Assembly: GCA_963681965.1 (NCBI GenBank)
Contig: OY820579.1
Span: 2,880,001-2,944,000 of the forward strand
Length of the DNA: 64,000 nucleotides
Source: a bacterium
GTDB lineage: Bacteria > Electryoneota > JAOADG01
Direction of reading: 5' to 3'
Shown here: one piece after another, positions 1-8,742 of the stretch
Position numbering within the stretch: position 1 is the first letter of the stretch
How the letters are laid out: each line of letters opens with the position of its first letter
Notes under the pieces: model-generated
Told to the model about the DNA's origin: nothing
Database searches by the model: none
What the model saw: only the letters and a program-made list of their open reading frames with translations
Position numbers and translations under genes: made by a program

Positions 1-434
1 TGCGCCCAAGGTACGTTCTGTTCATTGGATTGCATATTATCACTTCTTTTTATGCTATCTTGAAACGGTATTACGTGCGATAAAAAATGTGAAATAATTT
101 GATAATCCTTCTTATAACTTATACTAGCGTCAGTCAGCATCATCATCCATATCTGCTTATCGGTTTCTGAAGTTAATGCCAGTATCTTACCAAATAAATC
201 TGATATCTTTTCTACGACTGCGAGTACTGGGGTAATTTCGATATCTGGAATGACATCCAGACGCAAATCCTTTAAAGGTGAAATCAACGTAAAGTAATCT
301 GTTACGACTTTTTCAATTGCGTTGTGATTAATGACCTTCGATTTACTTTTTAAGGCTACTAAGTCATAAGATAGAACGGCTTCGACTGCGTGCTTCAATT
401 CCAATTGTGCGATTGTGTCATTTTCAGAAATCAT
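1..434 (-). CDS. Hypothetical protein, partial (runs off the left edge); gene after hsdR in the island operon
   Basis: Hand translation from ATG at 434 (MISENDTIAQLELKHAVEAV...QNVPWA) shows no stop before the window edge. AAGGAAG lies upstream and the start is 13 nt after the hsdR stop. Confidence 0.65.
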   Translation of the reverse strand, partial: MISENDTIAQLELKHAVEAVLSYDLVALKSKSKVINHNAIEKVVTDYFTLISPLKDLRLDVIPDIEITPVLAVVEKISDLFGKILALTSETDKQIWMMMLTDASISYKKDYQIISHFLSHVIPFQDSIKRSDNMQSNEQNVPWA

Positions 435-447
435 ATTTTCTTCCTTC

Positions 448-3201
448 TTATCCCGCTAACACCTTGTTCAATTCATCCATCACCCGTTGATAATCCTTGC
501 CAAACAATTCACTGAATTTGTAAATCCCACCCTTCAAATTGAAGGGAATGCTTTCAAAATCGTCTTCGGTAATTTCGATACTGGTTGCAATATGTTCTTT
601 GATCATCTGCAACCATTCTAACTGTTGGGGTGTAAAACTGCGACCCGACTGCTGTTGCTGTTGCAACCAATCGTGAAAGCGGTGTTCCACAATATCGATA
701 AATGGGGTTAAATCGTCTGCCATTCCACTGGTAAACTTCACCAGCGATACCAGATCGGTCAATACCGATTTCGGTTGTCCCTTCACCCTGCTGTGTTCCA
801 ATTGATCGTAACAATGCCACAAGCGTTCGGGAATAAATCCGTTCGGTGGTCGCTTGATGGTGTCGGCTAATTCCCTGATTGCATCGTAAGTCAGTTTCCG
901 TTTGCCGTAAGGTTGGCTGTACAATATCTGTAATGCCGTTATTTCATCGCGATGGTCTTGCAGGTACTGTTGCCACGATTGAACATACTGTTGGGCTGCT
1001 TCCTTCGCCTTGCTGTTGAACCCTGCTTCCAGCACGAAATCCTGCGATACGATGTCGATGGTCTGTTCAAGCAGTTGTTTCGTTTCAATCAGCAGATTGC
1101 GTAGTTTTGGATCGTGAAACGGTTTGGCAACAGTTTCCGCAAGTTCCCCTGTAACGATTTTCAGTTGTTCGACAGTGGGGTTATCGGTCGCAAATTTCTT
1201 GCAGGCTGTTTCTACCTGTACATCGGGATCGAAGGCTGTGAATAACGGCAGGATCAATTCAGTCATCGATGCCACACCTGCGACATCCTGAATACGTTTG
1301 CGGTCTTCCTTCGACAATTGCCGATCCATTTGCGCTAACCGATTGCCCAATGAAATCAGATAATCTTCTTCACGATTACCTGCAGCAATCGCAAGTAACA
1401 ACCTATCGAAGGGTATGGATTTCTTGCGTTCCAGTGGTCTGCTATCCCCTTTATCGCTTTCGCAGACACCAATTGCATCGACAATAACGAAATGGGTTTT
1501 GGCTTTCGCATCGGGTGACACTAATTGCAATGCGTTGCTATCGATGACCCTGGTGCCCCTTCCCTTCATCTGTTCGAAGTAAACTGCGGATTTGATGTCG
1601 CGCATGAATAACAGACATTCCAGCGGTTTGATATCGGTGCCTGTCGATATCATGTCGACCGTGACTGCGATGCGTGGGAAGTATTCGTTGCGAAATGCTG
1701 CGATCAAGGCTTCGGGGGTTTCACCCGTGGTTCTGTAAGTAATCTTCTTGGCAAAGTCTTTGCCCTTGCCGAATTCATCCCAGATAATATTCACGATATC
1801 TTCGGCATGACTATCGGTTTTGGCAAAGATTAAAGTCTTTGGTACTTCGGTTCGACCAGGGAAGATTTCCGTGAACAATTTATCGCGAAAGGTTTGGATT
1901 ACGGTGCGGATTTGATCGACCATGACAATATCTTTATCCAACTGGGTCGGGGCATAATATAAATCTTCATCCAACAGTTCGTAGCGTACTTTGCGGGTCA
2001 TCTTGTTGCGTTTATCGATGTATTCGCCCGCTTCGACTTTGCCACCTTTCACACTAGCATTCGTCTTAATCCGATACACTTCGTAACCGACATTCACCCC
2101 TTCGGCAATTGCGCGCTGATGGTTGAAATCCATCACCTGATTTTGTTTGAAGAACCCCAGGGTCTGCTTCGACGGCGTTGCCGTTAATCCAACAATGAAT
2201 GCATCGAAATAATCCAATACCTGTCGCCACTGGTTGTAGATGGATCGATGACATTCATCGGTAACAATAAAGTCGAACGCTTCAATCGGGATGGTGGGAT
2301 TATATTCAATAGGCTTGGGATCGTTGTCCAAGGTTAAATCGAAGGCAGAATGTTCATCCAATTCGGGATCGAATTCAGTTCCCTTCAACATCGAAAACAA
2401 GCGTTGGATTGTCGTGATTGTTACGTTGCAGACGGGATCGATGGTGTTCGATGACATCAATTGGATGTTGTACAGTTCAATGAATTTGCGGTGGTCGTCG
2501 GGGGTTTCGTACTTCTGAAATTCAGTCGATGCCTGAATGCCCAATGTTCTGCGATCCACCAGGAACAAGATATGTTTCGCACCAGCGAATTTGATCAACC
2601 GATAGATGAAACTTACTGCCAAAAAACTTTTTCCACTTCCAGTCGACATGCTGATCAATGCGCGTGGTTTGGATTTCGCAAAGCTGGCTTCCAGGTTCGT
2701 GATAGCTTCGATCTGACAATCACGCATTCCCTTGGTAATGATCGGGGGCATTTCGCGCATTCGGGCACGCAATGTGTTTGGTTCTTGTAGCCATTCGGCA
2801 AGCTTATCGGGTTTGTGGAAAGCGAATACTCCGCGAGGTCTACAGTCAGGATCGCGGATGTCGTAAAACATCGTTTCTTCACCTGTACTGACATAACCGA
2901 ACGTAAGTGCTTGCTTGGCAATGGGGATGTGCTTCAGTTTACTGCGAAGATAGCTATCGGTTTGATCGACCACGCCTGATAGTGTATCGCCCTTTTTCTT
3001 GGCTTCAATCACACCTACAGGGCTGCCTTTTACGAACAGAACATAGTCTACAAACCCAACATCGGTGGGATATTCGCGGACTGCAACCCCAGGAAAAGAC
3101 AAGTTTAATTCATCGATATTCTGTAGCTGCCAACCTGCTGCAGTCAACAGTTCATCAATCTTGTCGCGGGCTTCTTGTTCAGGTTTCTGTGGTTGTGGCA
3201 T
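448..3201 (-). CDS. hsdR: Type I restriction enzyme R subunit (EcoAI/EcoEI-like HsdR)
   Basis: N-terminal PD-(D/E)xK motif (VDYVL...IEAKK), Walker A STGSGKS, DECH box, GLTATP, QMKGRGTR, and an EcoEI-R-type C-terminal region (FTPQQLEWL...PF..KGG). Confidence 0.9.
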   Translation of the reverse strand: MPQPQKPEQEARDKIDELLTAAGWQLQNIDELNLSFPGVAVREYPTDVGFVDYVLFVKGSPVGVIEAKKKGDTLSGVVDQTDSYLRSKLKHIPIAKQALTFGYVSTGEETMFYDIRDPDCRPRGVFAFHKPDKLAEWLQEPNTLRARMREMPPIITKGMRDCQIEAITNLEASFAKSKPRALISMSTGSGKSFLAVSFIYRLIKFAGAKHILFLVDRRTLGIQASTEFQKYETPDDHRKFIELYNIQLMSSNTIDPVCNVTITTIQRLFSMLKGTEFDPELDEHSAFDLTLDNDPKPIEYNPTIPIEAFDFIVTDECHRSIYNQWRQVLDYFDAFIVGLTATPSKQTLGFFKQNQVMDFNHQRAIAEGVNVGYEVYRIKTNASVKGGKVEAGEYIDKRNKMTRKVRYELLDEDLYYAPTQLDKDIVMVDQIRTVIQTFRDKLFTEIFPGRTEVPKTLIFAKTDSHAEDIVNIIWDEFGKGKDFAKKITYRTTGETPEALIAAFRNEYFPRIAVTVDMISTGTDIKPLECLLFMRDIKSAVYFEQMKGRGTRVIDSNALQLVSPDAKAKTHFVIVDAIGVCESDKGDSRPLERKKSIPFDRLLLAIAAGNREEDYLISLGNRLAQMDRQLSKEDRKRIQDVAGVASMTELILPLFTAFDPDVQVETACKKFATDNPTVEQLKIVTGELAETVAKPFHDPKLRNLLIETKQLLEQTIDIVSQDFVLEAGFNSKAKEAAQQYVQSWQQYLQDHRDEITALQILYSQPYGKRKLTYDAIRELADTIKRPPNGFIPERLWHCYDQLEHSRVKGQPKSVLTDLVSLVKFTSGMADDLTPFIDIVEHRFHDWLQQQQQSGRSFTPQQLEWLQMIKEHIATSIEITEDDFESIPFNLKGGIYKFSELFGKDYQRVMDELNKVLAG

Positions 3202-3206
3202 AGAAA

Positions 3207-4193
3207 TTATACTGTCTTCAATTTTGGTGTAACGTCATTGAAATTTGGCTTTTGACCCACTATCCTAAGGTACATCCGAACGAAGACATTTTTTTCCAAC
3301 CATTGAAACCTTTTTTCATATGCTGCAACAATACTTAATTCATTTTCAGATAATGCGGAACATGATTGTTCTAATTTATGCAATTTGTTTTTAACTTCTT
3401 GAAACAACTGTTCTAACACCGCAATACGTGATGTGTTACTTGATAATTCAGTTACGAATTTAATCATCTTTGCTTTCACTTGATCCAGATCCCTTTCGAG
3501 TATGGTTAGTCTATTAATTGCATATGCGAAGTTCTTTTCAAGTTCCGTAAGATGTTTATTCGATTGATCAATTATTAAATTTAAAGTGTCAATCTTCTGC
3601 AGCACTTCAAGCAATTCGTTCTGAATTTGTTTGAATTTTAAATCGAAACTATCTGCCATCGTTTTTACATTATTTATTGTCTTTTTCAAAACATCATAGT
3701 TGTGTACTAAGTTGTCGCCTTCATGATCAGTTAGAAATGAAGCAAGTGCATCAAGACGATCCAACCTTGCTTTTATCACGGTAAAGTTGTCTTTTGATAC
3801 TTGTCCAAGTTCTTTCAGGATTTCGCTTTGTTCGTAAACAGCTTCATAGATACAGTGGGTAGATATTGCGGTTCGAAAAATCATTTCAGATGTTTCGGCT
3901 TGTGATTGAGACATCAATCTTTGGATTGAATATTCGCGTTTCTTGTCATCGTCGCTGAACCATTCACCAATTCTTTTCCAGATTGATAAATTTTCTGCTA
4001 CAGTTAAGTTAACATCAATAATCCTTGATTTGTCCACTATCGAAGAAATTAGTTCACGATTTCTTACAGCATTTTGTTTAAGTACTTCGACACGTTTTCC
4101 ATAGGACATAGCCAATTCAGCATCATGTTCAACTGCTTCCAAAACACTTGACCTGTATTCTACAATAGATTGAATTTCTTCATTGTATGACAT
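3207..4193 (-). CDS. Hypothetical helical/coiled-coil protein (328 aa)
   Basis: Long heptad-rich C-terminal half. TAATG stop/start overlap with the upstream gene and a 5-nt gap to hsdR. Confidence 0.8.
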   Translation of the reverse strand: MSYNEEIQSIVEYRSSVLEAVEHDAELAMSYGKRVEVLKQNAVRNRELISSIVDKSRIIDVNLTVAENLSIWKRIGEWFSDDDKKREYSIQRLMSQSQAETSEMIFRTAISTHCIYEAVYEQSEILKELGQVSKDNFTVIKARLDRLDALASFLTDHEGDNLVHNYDVLKKTINNVKTMADSFDLKFKQIQNELLEVLQKIDTLNLIIDQSNKHLTELEKNFAYAINRLTILERDLDQVKAKMIKFVTELSSNTSRIAVLEQLFQEVKNKLHKLEQSCSALSENELSIVAAYEKRFQWLEKNVFVRMYLRIVGQKPNFNDVTPKLKTV

Positions 4194-5194
4194 TAGAATA
4201 CCCCATCAGTAAATGTCGATTTCATGATCGCAACATTACTAGAAGTCAATAAATTATTTCTGTTTGTCTGGTCGTACACAAATTCTGCTTCGTCATTTAC
4301 TAATACTACAGCCTTATTAGCCTTTTCTGAAGCCTGTCGATTGAAACGAAATTCATCAGCAAACTTCTTATCCATTTGTGCTTGTACTTTCAATCTGTGA
4401 ATACTCTTCGACCACAGAAACCTAGCTGCCATCGAAGCAGGTACACTAACAAAGGGTGTGAAGGGTGCAAGAATAATATTCGTAATCGACCCAATCGCAG
4501 TTCCAGTAGCACGTTCAGCAACCATACTAATAATGTCTTCTGTCGAAGTTCCCTTGTTGTAGGCGTAGATCGCTGACACTAGAATTGCTGATGCTGCAAG
4601 ATATGGGAAGTGAAAGTTCACTTGATCCTGTGATCCATCTACTAACGTATTCATGTGTTGGTTAAGTTCATCGGTAGACATACCACTGTCAATGTAATTG
4701 ATACCATCGATGTGTTGTTCAACATGATCCGATGTCGTCAGTACATTATGAATTTCAGGATACTTGTCTGCATGTTCGTAGATATCTGATAAGTTCACCT
4801 TTGACTGAATATAATCAACGACATTGTGATCATGATCATAGATCACATAATCATAACCAGGTTGCGTTGCACTGTCGGCTAATTCAGCATGTAAACCGTC
4901 AGTAAGATGCTGGTTCAAGTTGTCTAGATTGTGAAGTTCGAAATACTTTCCTTCAATACCATTTAATGCCCCTTGCAAGCTATTAGGATCGTCTATTTTG
5001 GACTGAACAAAGTCAACAAGGCTTGTGTGTTCAGCAACATTCGGGTACTGCAGTTGAAAGGCTTGAACAAACAGTGGATCAAGTTTACCATCAGTGGCAT
5101 GTCCAGCAATAAATTCAGCAGTTTCCTGGGTGCCCAATAATATTGCATCGAATATCGATTGCGCTTCTTTTTTTTCCTTGGTTCTTGTGTCCAT
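4193..5194 (-). CDS. Hypothetical protein with a PD-(D/E)xK-like (QxK variant) motif and C-terminal hydrophobic helices
   Basis: GKYFE...QPGYD...IQSK pattern. Hydrophobic segments PYLAASAILVSAIYAY and AIGSITNIILAPFTPFVSVPASMAARFLW. Confidence 0.7.
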   Translation of the reverse strand: MDTRTKEKKEAQSIFDAILLGTQETAEFIAGHATDGKLDPLFVQAFQLQYPNVAEHTSLVDFVQSKIDDPNSLQGALNGIEGKYFELHNLDNLNQHLTDGLHAELADSATQPGYDYVIYDHDHNVVDYIQSKVNLSDIYEHADKYPEIHNVLTTSDHVEQHIDGINYIDSGMSTDELNQHMNTLVDGSQDQVNFHFPYLAASAILVSAIYAYNKGTSTEDIISMVAERATGTAIGSITNIILAPFTPFVSVPASMAARFLWSKSIHRLKVQAQMDKKFADEFRFNRQASEKANKAVVLVNDEAEFVYDQTNRNNLLTSSNVAIMKSTFTDGVF

Positions 5195-5214
5195 TTGGTT
5201 CGCCTTTGGTCAAC

Positions 5215-5252
5215 AAAAAAAACAACCCAACACTTTAACGTGCTGGGTTGTT
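5215..5252 (-). terminator. Intrinsic terminator immediately upstream of the island operon (possible attenuator)
   Basis: Minus strand AACAACCCAGCAC-GTTAAA-GTGTTGGGTTGTT followed by a T run. Confidence 0.8.
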
Positions 5253-5385
5253 CTGGTTACTATTCGAACAAGTACAAATAGACCGTACATGTAAGAATGT
5301 CATCAATCGATGACTTCGTGATCAAGATGGTTAGAAAAGCATCCCGAAATAACCAACTGTCACATTCAGATTATTTTACCCAGCA
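5215..5385 (-). ncRNA. Putative structured leader or small RNA (~170 nt)
   Basis: Bounded by a sigma70 promoter and a terminator. Helices TGCTGGGT/ACCCAGCA, GAATGT/ACATTC, TGGTTA/TAACCA and GTCATC/GATGAC. Confidence 0.45.
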
Positions 5386-5391
5386 AGCCTT

Positions 5392-5421
5392 AAGATATGA
5401 AACAAGTTAAAGCGTTGTCAA
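5392..5421 (-). promoter_or_regulatory. sigma70-type promoter for the leader and island operon
   Basis: TTGACA-N18-TATCTT on the minus strand just downstream of the integrase stop. Confidence 0.6.
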
Positions 5422-5432
5422 CAATTTATTGC

Positions 5433-6524
5433 CTACAAAGCAATTCTATTGACCGTTTCCCTAAGACTTTCTGGCTGCAAGTGGGCATAGAACTTTTCAG
5501 TCGTACTGACTGTAGTGTGTCCAAGAAGTTTGGCTATGTGGTAAATCGACACACCATCTGCAGCAAGCCACGATGCACACGAATGACGTAATGAATGGAA
5601 GTGTAGCTTGTCGTCTAGACCAAGCTTCCTGATGTATTGTTTCAGCTTATGGGTCGCCCAGTACCCACTAATTGCCTTACCATCATCCATTCGAAACACC
5701 AATCCATCATTCAACAAGTCACGTCGTTTCTGTAGCAACAAACAAGCTGCTTCACCTAATGGAATTGTTCGCTGCTTTCCCTGTTTCGTTTGATAGTTTT
5801 CACTGCTTTGGATGTGAACCCAACGTTTATTCATGTCCACTTGTTGCCAGGACAAGTTAATAATTTCACCCCTTCTTAAACCTGTCAGTATTGCGAATAG
5901 GACAACATCACGTAACCACAGTTCATTAATCGCTTCAAACAACTTCTGGAAGTCATCCTGCCCGAAAAACGTTTTCGTACATTCAGCAACACGAACAAAA
6001 GGAATATTCTTGAAAGGATTGCTTTCAATCCATCCCCAGTTCATTGCAATTGTAAAAGCTGATCGAAGGGTTCGAAGTTCCAGGTTTACAGTTACAGGCT
6101 TCACCTGGGTTATGCGAAGGGTTTTGTATGTGTCGATGTTGTGTTTATTGACACTACCTATCCTAATGTTACCAACTGCATTCTGAAATGCCATGAATGC
6201 ATAATGAAATAGATCGATAGTGCCTTTGGTGTAATTGGATACGCCATTCTTCAGGAATTCTTCCTGAAATTCTGTTAGCGTACGATGTGATTTGGGACGT
6301 TTATGAATTTTTTCGAAGGAAGTCAAAACCTTTAATGCTTCTGACTTCTTCGTACAACGGGTGGTCTTCCACTGCGTCTTTCCATCATCACTTTGCGAAA
6401 GGATATACCAGACACCGTTCGCCCGACGGAATAGACTTAAATGATTTGGACTAGACATTGCTTTTCCATTAGCAATGCCATTAGCACTATTGAATTTCGT
6501 GTTCGGAACTATAGCATCTATCAA
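5433..6524 (-). CDS. Tyrosine recombinase / phage-type integrase (likely start ATG at 6458)
   Basis: Catalytic motifs TGLRRGE, HSLRH and LLGH...TEKFYAH. N-terminal beta-rich arm-binding-like segment (LFRRANGVWYI). Confidence 0.93.
   Translation of the reverse strand: MIDAIVPNTKFNSANGIANGKAMSSPNHLSLFRRANGVWYILSQSDDGKTQWKTTRCTKKSEALKVLTSFEKIHKRPKSHRTLTEFQEEFLKNGVSNYTKGTIDLFHYAFMAFQNAVGNIRIGSVNKHNIDTYKTLRITQVKPVTVNLELRTLRSAFTIAMNWGWIESNPFKNIPFVRVAECTKTFFGQDDFQKLFEAINELWLRDVVLFAILTGLRRGEIINLSWQQVDMNKRWVHIQSSENYQTKQGKQRTIPLGEAACLLLQKRRDLLNDGLVFRMDDGKAISGYWATHKLKQYIRKLGLDDKLHFHSLRHSCASWLAADGVSIYHIAKLLGHTTVSTTEKFYAHLQPESLRETVNRIAL
6466..6486. repeat. Direct repeat CCATTAGCA x2, candidate integrase arm-type sites
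   Basis: Exact 9-mers at 6466-6474 and 6478-6486, between the tRNA fragment and the integrase ATG. Confidence 0.45.
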
Positions 6525-6543
6525 GACTTAGCTGTGTATCATC

Positions 6544-6587
6544 CTAGACCCCCAGTCTAGTGCGCTACCAGGCTGCGCCACGTCCCG
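6544..6587 (-). tRNA. tRNA-Pro(GGG), 5' fragment only (att junction)
   Basis: CGGGACG-TG-GCGCAGCCTGGTAGCGC-A-CTAGA-CTGGGGG-TCTAG gives the acceptor 5' strand, D arm and anticodon arm. No T arm or 3' acceptor strand follows. Confidence 0.85.
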
Positions 6588-6600
6588 TTGTGCAAAGCGA

Positions 6601-6629
6601 AAGATAGTGTTTCGAATCGACTAATTCAA
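6601..6629 (-). promoter_or_regulatory. sigma70-type promoter of the tRNA-Pro locus
   Basis: TTGAAT-N17-TATCTT ending 13 nt upstream of the tRNA 5' end. Confidence 0.6.
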
Positions 6630-6680
6630 GTCAGACCGAAATCGATGGCATTTTGAACCGATTCACTCCTTTCAGATCGA

Positions 6681-7904
6681 TTAATTCCTCGCCGTTACCC
6701 GATAGTATCGCTTGGGTTGTGACGACGAACGAACGATCGAGGTATCGGATCCAGTCCACACCGAGGAAAAATTCGTCGACCAGAAATTCGGGATCGAATC
6801 GGCTTCGAATACCGAATAACTAGTAGCTCGACTGACACTCTGCCAACTCAACCGCATATTCTGAGCATCGATCTGGGTAATCGAAAGTACCGGAGATGCT
6901 GGCGGTGTTGGTGGTGTAGCTGGTCTGGTGGTGAATTTTGCCATTACTGGAAGATGATCGGATGCCCAATAAATTGCTCTCGCCACTGTCTGCGGCACAG
7001 AGGTATTCGTCGTTGTGTCGATTAATGTATTAAAAAAATTGCCACTCTGACCGATCGTTACAAAACTGTTGGGCACATACTGGATACCAACTGTGTCGCG
7101 CATCCCTTCGGAGTAGAGCAGAAAATCGAAGCGATCATCGCAACCACCCGATGCGCCACCACCAAATTGTGCATAGCGAGGACTTTGCGTATGGAGATAG
7201 GCAAAAGCAGCACCATCATGCCATACACCGCCATTGGCTAGTGAACCGGGTGCCAAAGGATCGATCAATCGACCCTGTCGATTGGCAGTCGAATCGAGTA
7301 AAAGTGTAAACGCTGCCTCAGTGGCTCGATATAAATTGAGGTCGCCTGTCATGATAAAATCTTGACCCAATGGAAATCGATTCAATGAATCGCGCAATAT
7401 TTGTGCTTCACCTGCTCGTTGAAGCGCTTCAGCTGTTCCATCGCTTGCTTTTAAGTGTGCTTCGTACATCCGCAATCGATTATTCCCAACAACAGTATGA
7501 AGATTGTATTCGACGATGTCGCGCAGTACCGTCGGAAAATACCGCGAAGAATCATACACGAATTTCGAAGTGCGATAACACATCCCCGGATCGGAGTCGG
7601 GACCATCGTGAAAAGGTGCCATCGCGTATTGACCGGGAAAAACTGCATTCAATACCGAGTCGCGAAATAGTTGCAGCGCTGCAGACGAACCGACTTCATC
7701 GACCGTAATCAAATCGGGTGACATATAAGCAAGGACAGTGCGGAAATGTGGTAAACGCGAAGTAGTGGCGGAACTTCCGGAATTAAATTGCAACAGCGAA
7801 TAAGTACCAATTCGCAACGTGTCGATTTGTGCAAAGGCGACAACCGGTAAACCCGATAACACGACAGTTACCGATAAGACAATAAGAAATGAACGCTTCA
7901 ACAT
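6681..7904 (-). CDS. Secreted endonuclease/exonuclease/phosphatase (EEP) family protein with an FN3-like C-terminus
   Basis: Signal peptide; HLKAS, GDLN, DRFD and SDHLPV motifs; Pro-rich linker followed by LSW...Y...YYRVTA. Confidence 0.8.
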   Translation of the reverse strand: MLKRSFLIVLSVTVVLSGLPVVAFAQIDTLRIGTYSLLQFNSGSSATTSRLPHFRTVLAYMSPDLITVDEVGSSAALQLFRDSVLNAVFPGQYAMAPFHDGPDSDPGMCYRTSKFVYDSSRYFPTVLRDIVEYNLHTVVGNNRLRMYEAHLKASDGTAEALQRAGEAQILRDSLNRFPLGQDFIMTGDLNLYRATEAAFTLLLDSTANRQGRLIDPLAPGSLANGGVWHDGAAFAYLHTQSPRYAQFGGGASGGCDDRFDFLLYSEGMRDTVGIQYVPNSFVTIGQSGNFFNTLIDTTTNTSVPQTVARAIYWASDHLPVMAKFTTRPATPPTPPASPVLSITQIDAQNMRLSWQSVSRATSYSVFEADSIPNFWSTNFSSVWTGSDTSIVRSSSQPKRYYRVTARN

Positions 7905-8011
7905 GTGAACTACTTCTTTCTAAGGCAAAAGCTACAAATGCGTGAAAAAAAGGTGAAACAATATATACTATTCATCGACATAGAAAAAATGAAGTTGAAT
8001 GGGCGAGAGTC

Positions 8012-8659
8012 TTAGAGCAGATCTAACAATTGCTTGAGATCCATTTTTGCGGTAGATAATTTATCCCGAAAAGACGCTATTTCGTCTTGTAATTTTTTAA
8101 TTACTAATAAATTGTCATTTTCTAATGATGGATTTAACATAGTTTCGCTCGGATCATTAACGGAAGACTTACCTGAATGTCCATTACTTCCAGTAGTTAC
8201 ATTTGGATTGAGCACAATCGGAACGTGCAACACATTTTCGAGGGGTGGAACAAAGATTTCGGATTCAAGTAAAGTATTACTGTTGAGCGGTATTAGTGTG
8301 CTTTCGGCGAAAGAATCTTCGATGACAAGGGATGTATCCGGTTTCGCAATCTCAAAATTAACCGGATTCAGGGAATTGTCCGATTCGAGGCGAGTGATGG
8401 CTTGATCGATTATCGTTCGACGATTTCGAAGTTCGGTTTTCGCCCCCTTGATCGTAAATTTTCGATTGTACAACAGGTCGATAATTTCTTTGATCACAAC
8501 AATATCACGTACTTGGTACTGTCGAACACCGGCAGTTGACCTGCGTGGGGTCAACATTCGAAATTCTTTTTCCCAATAGCGCAGAATATGCGCCTCGACC
8601 CCAGTGATCTCTGTGACCTCCCGGATCGAATAGTACAATTTTTTGGTTTGGATCGGCAT
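8012..8659 (-). CDS. MerR-family transcriptional regulator
   Basis: YYSIREVTEITGVEAHILRYWEKEF...R.Y helix-turn-helix and a low-complexity C-terminal tail. Confidence 0.85.
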   Translation of the reverse strand: MPIQTKKLYYSIREVTEITGVEAHILRYWEKEFRMLTPRRSTAGVRQYQVRDIVVIKEIIDLLYNRKFTIKGAKTELRNRRTIIDQAITRLESDNSLNPVNFEIAKPDTSLVIEDSFAESTLIPLNSNTLLESEIFVPPLENVLHVPIVLNPNVTTGSNGHSGKSSVNDPSETMLNPSLENDNLLVIKKLQDEIASFRDKLSTAKMDLKQLLDLL

Positions 8660-8742
8660 ACGGAATATTCTTACGATAATAAAACGAAGAAAATTGATTT
8701 ACAGATTACATGAATAAAAGATACGCATTTCTCGATAGAATT

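Larger units (their letters stand above)
1..6587. mobile_element. Right end of an integrative (defence) island inserted in tRNA-Pro(GGG)
   Basis: Tyrosine integrase abuts a tRNA-Pro fragment. Cargo includes a restriction subunit and visibly AT-richer hypothetical genes. The other boundary lies outside the window. Confidence 0.8.

Noticed and set aside
5257-5275. GTTCGAAT (T-loop-like) in the island leader as the missing 3' half of tRNA-Pro
   Set aside because: The flanks do not form a 5-bp T stem and no CGTCCCG acceptor strand follows.
5215-5385. Retron msr-msd interpretation of the leader (terminal inverted repeats)
   Set aside because: No reverse transcriptase in the window and no long msd hairpin; the 3' repeat is part of a terminator.
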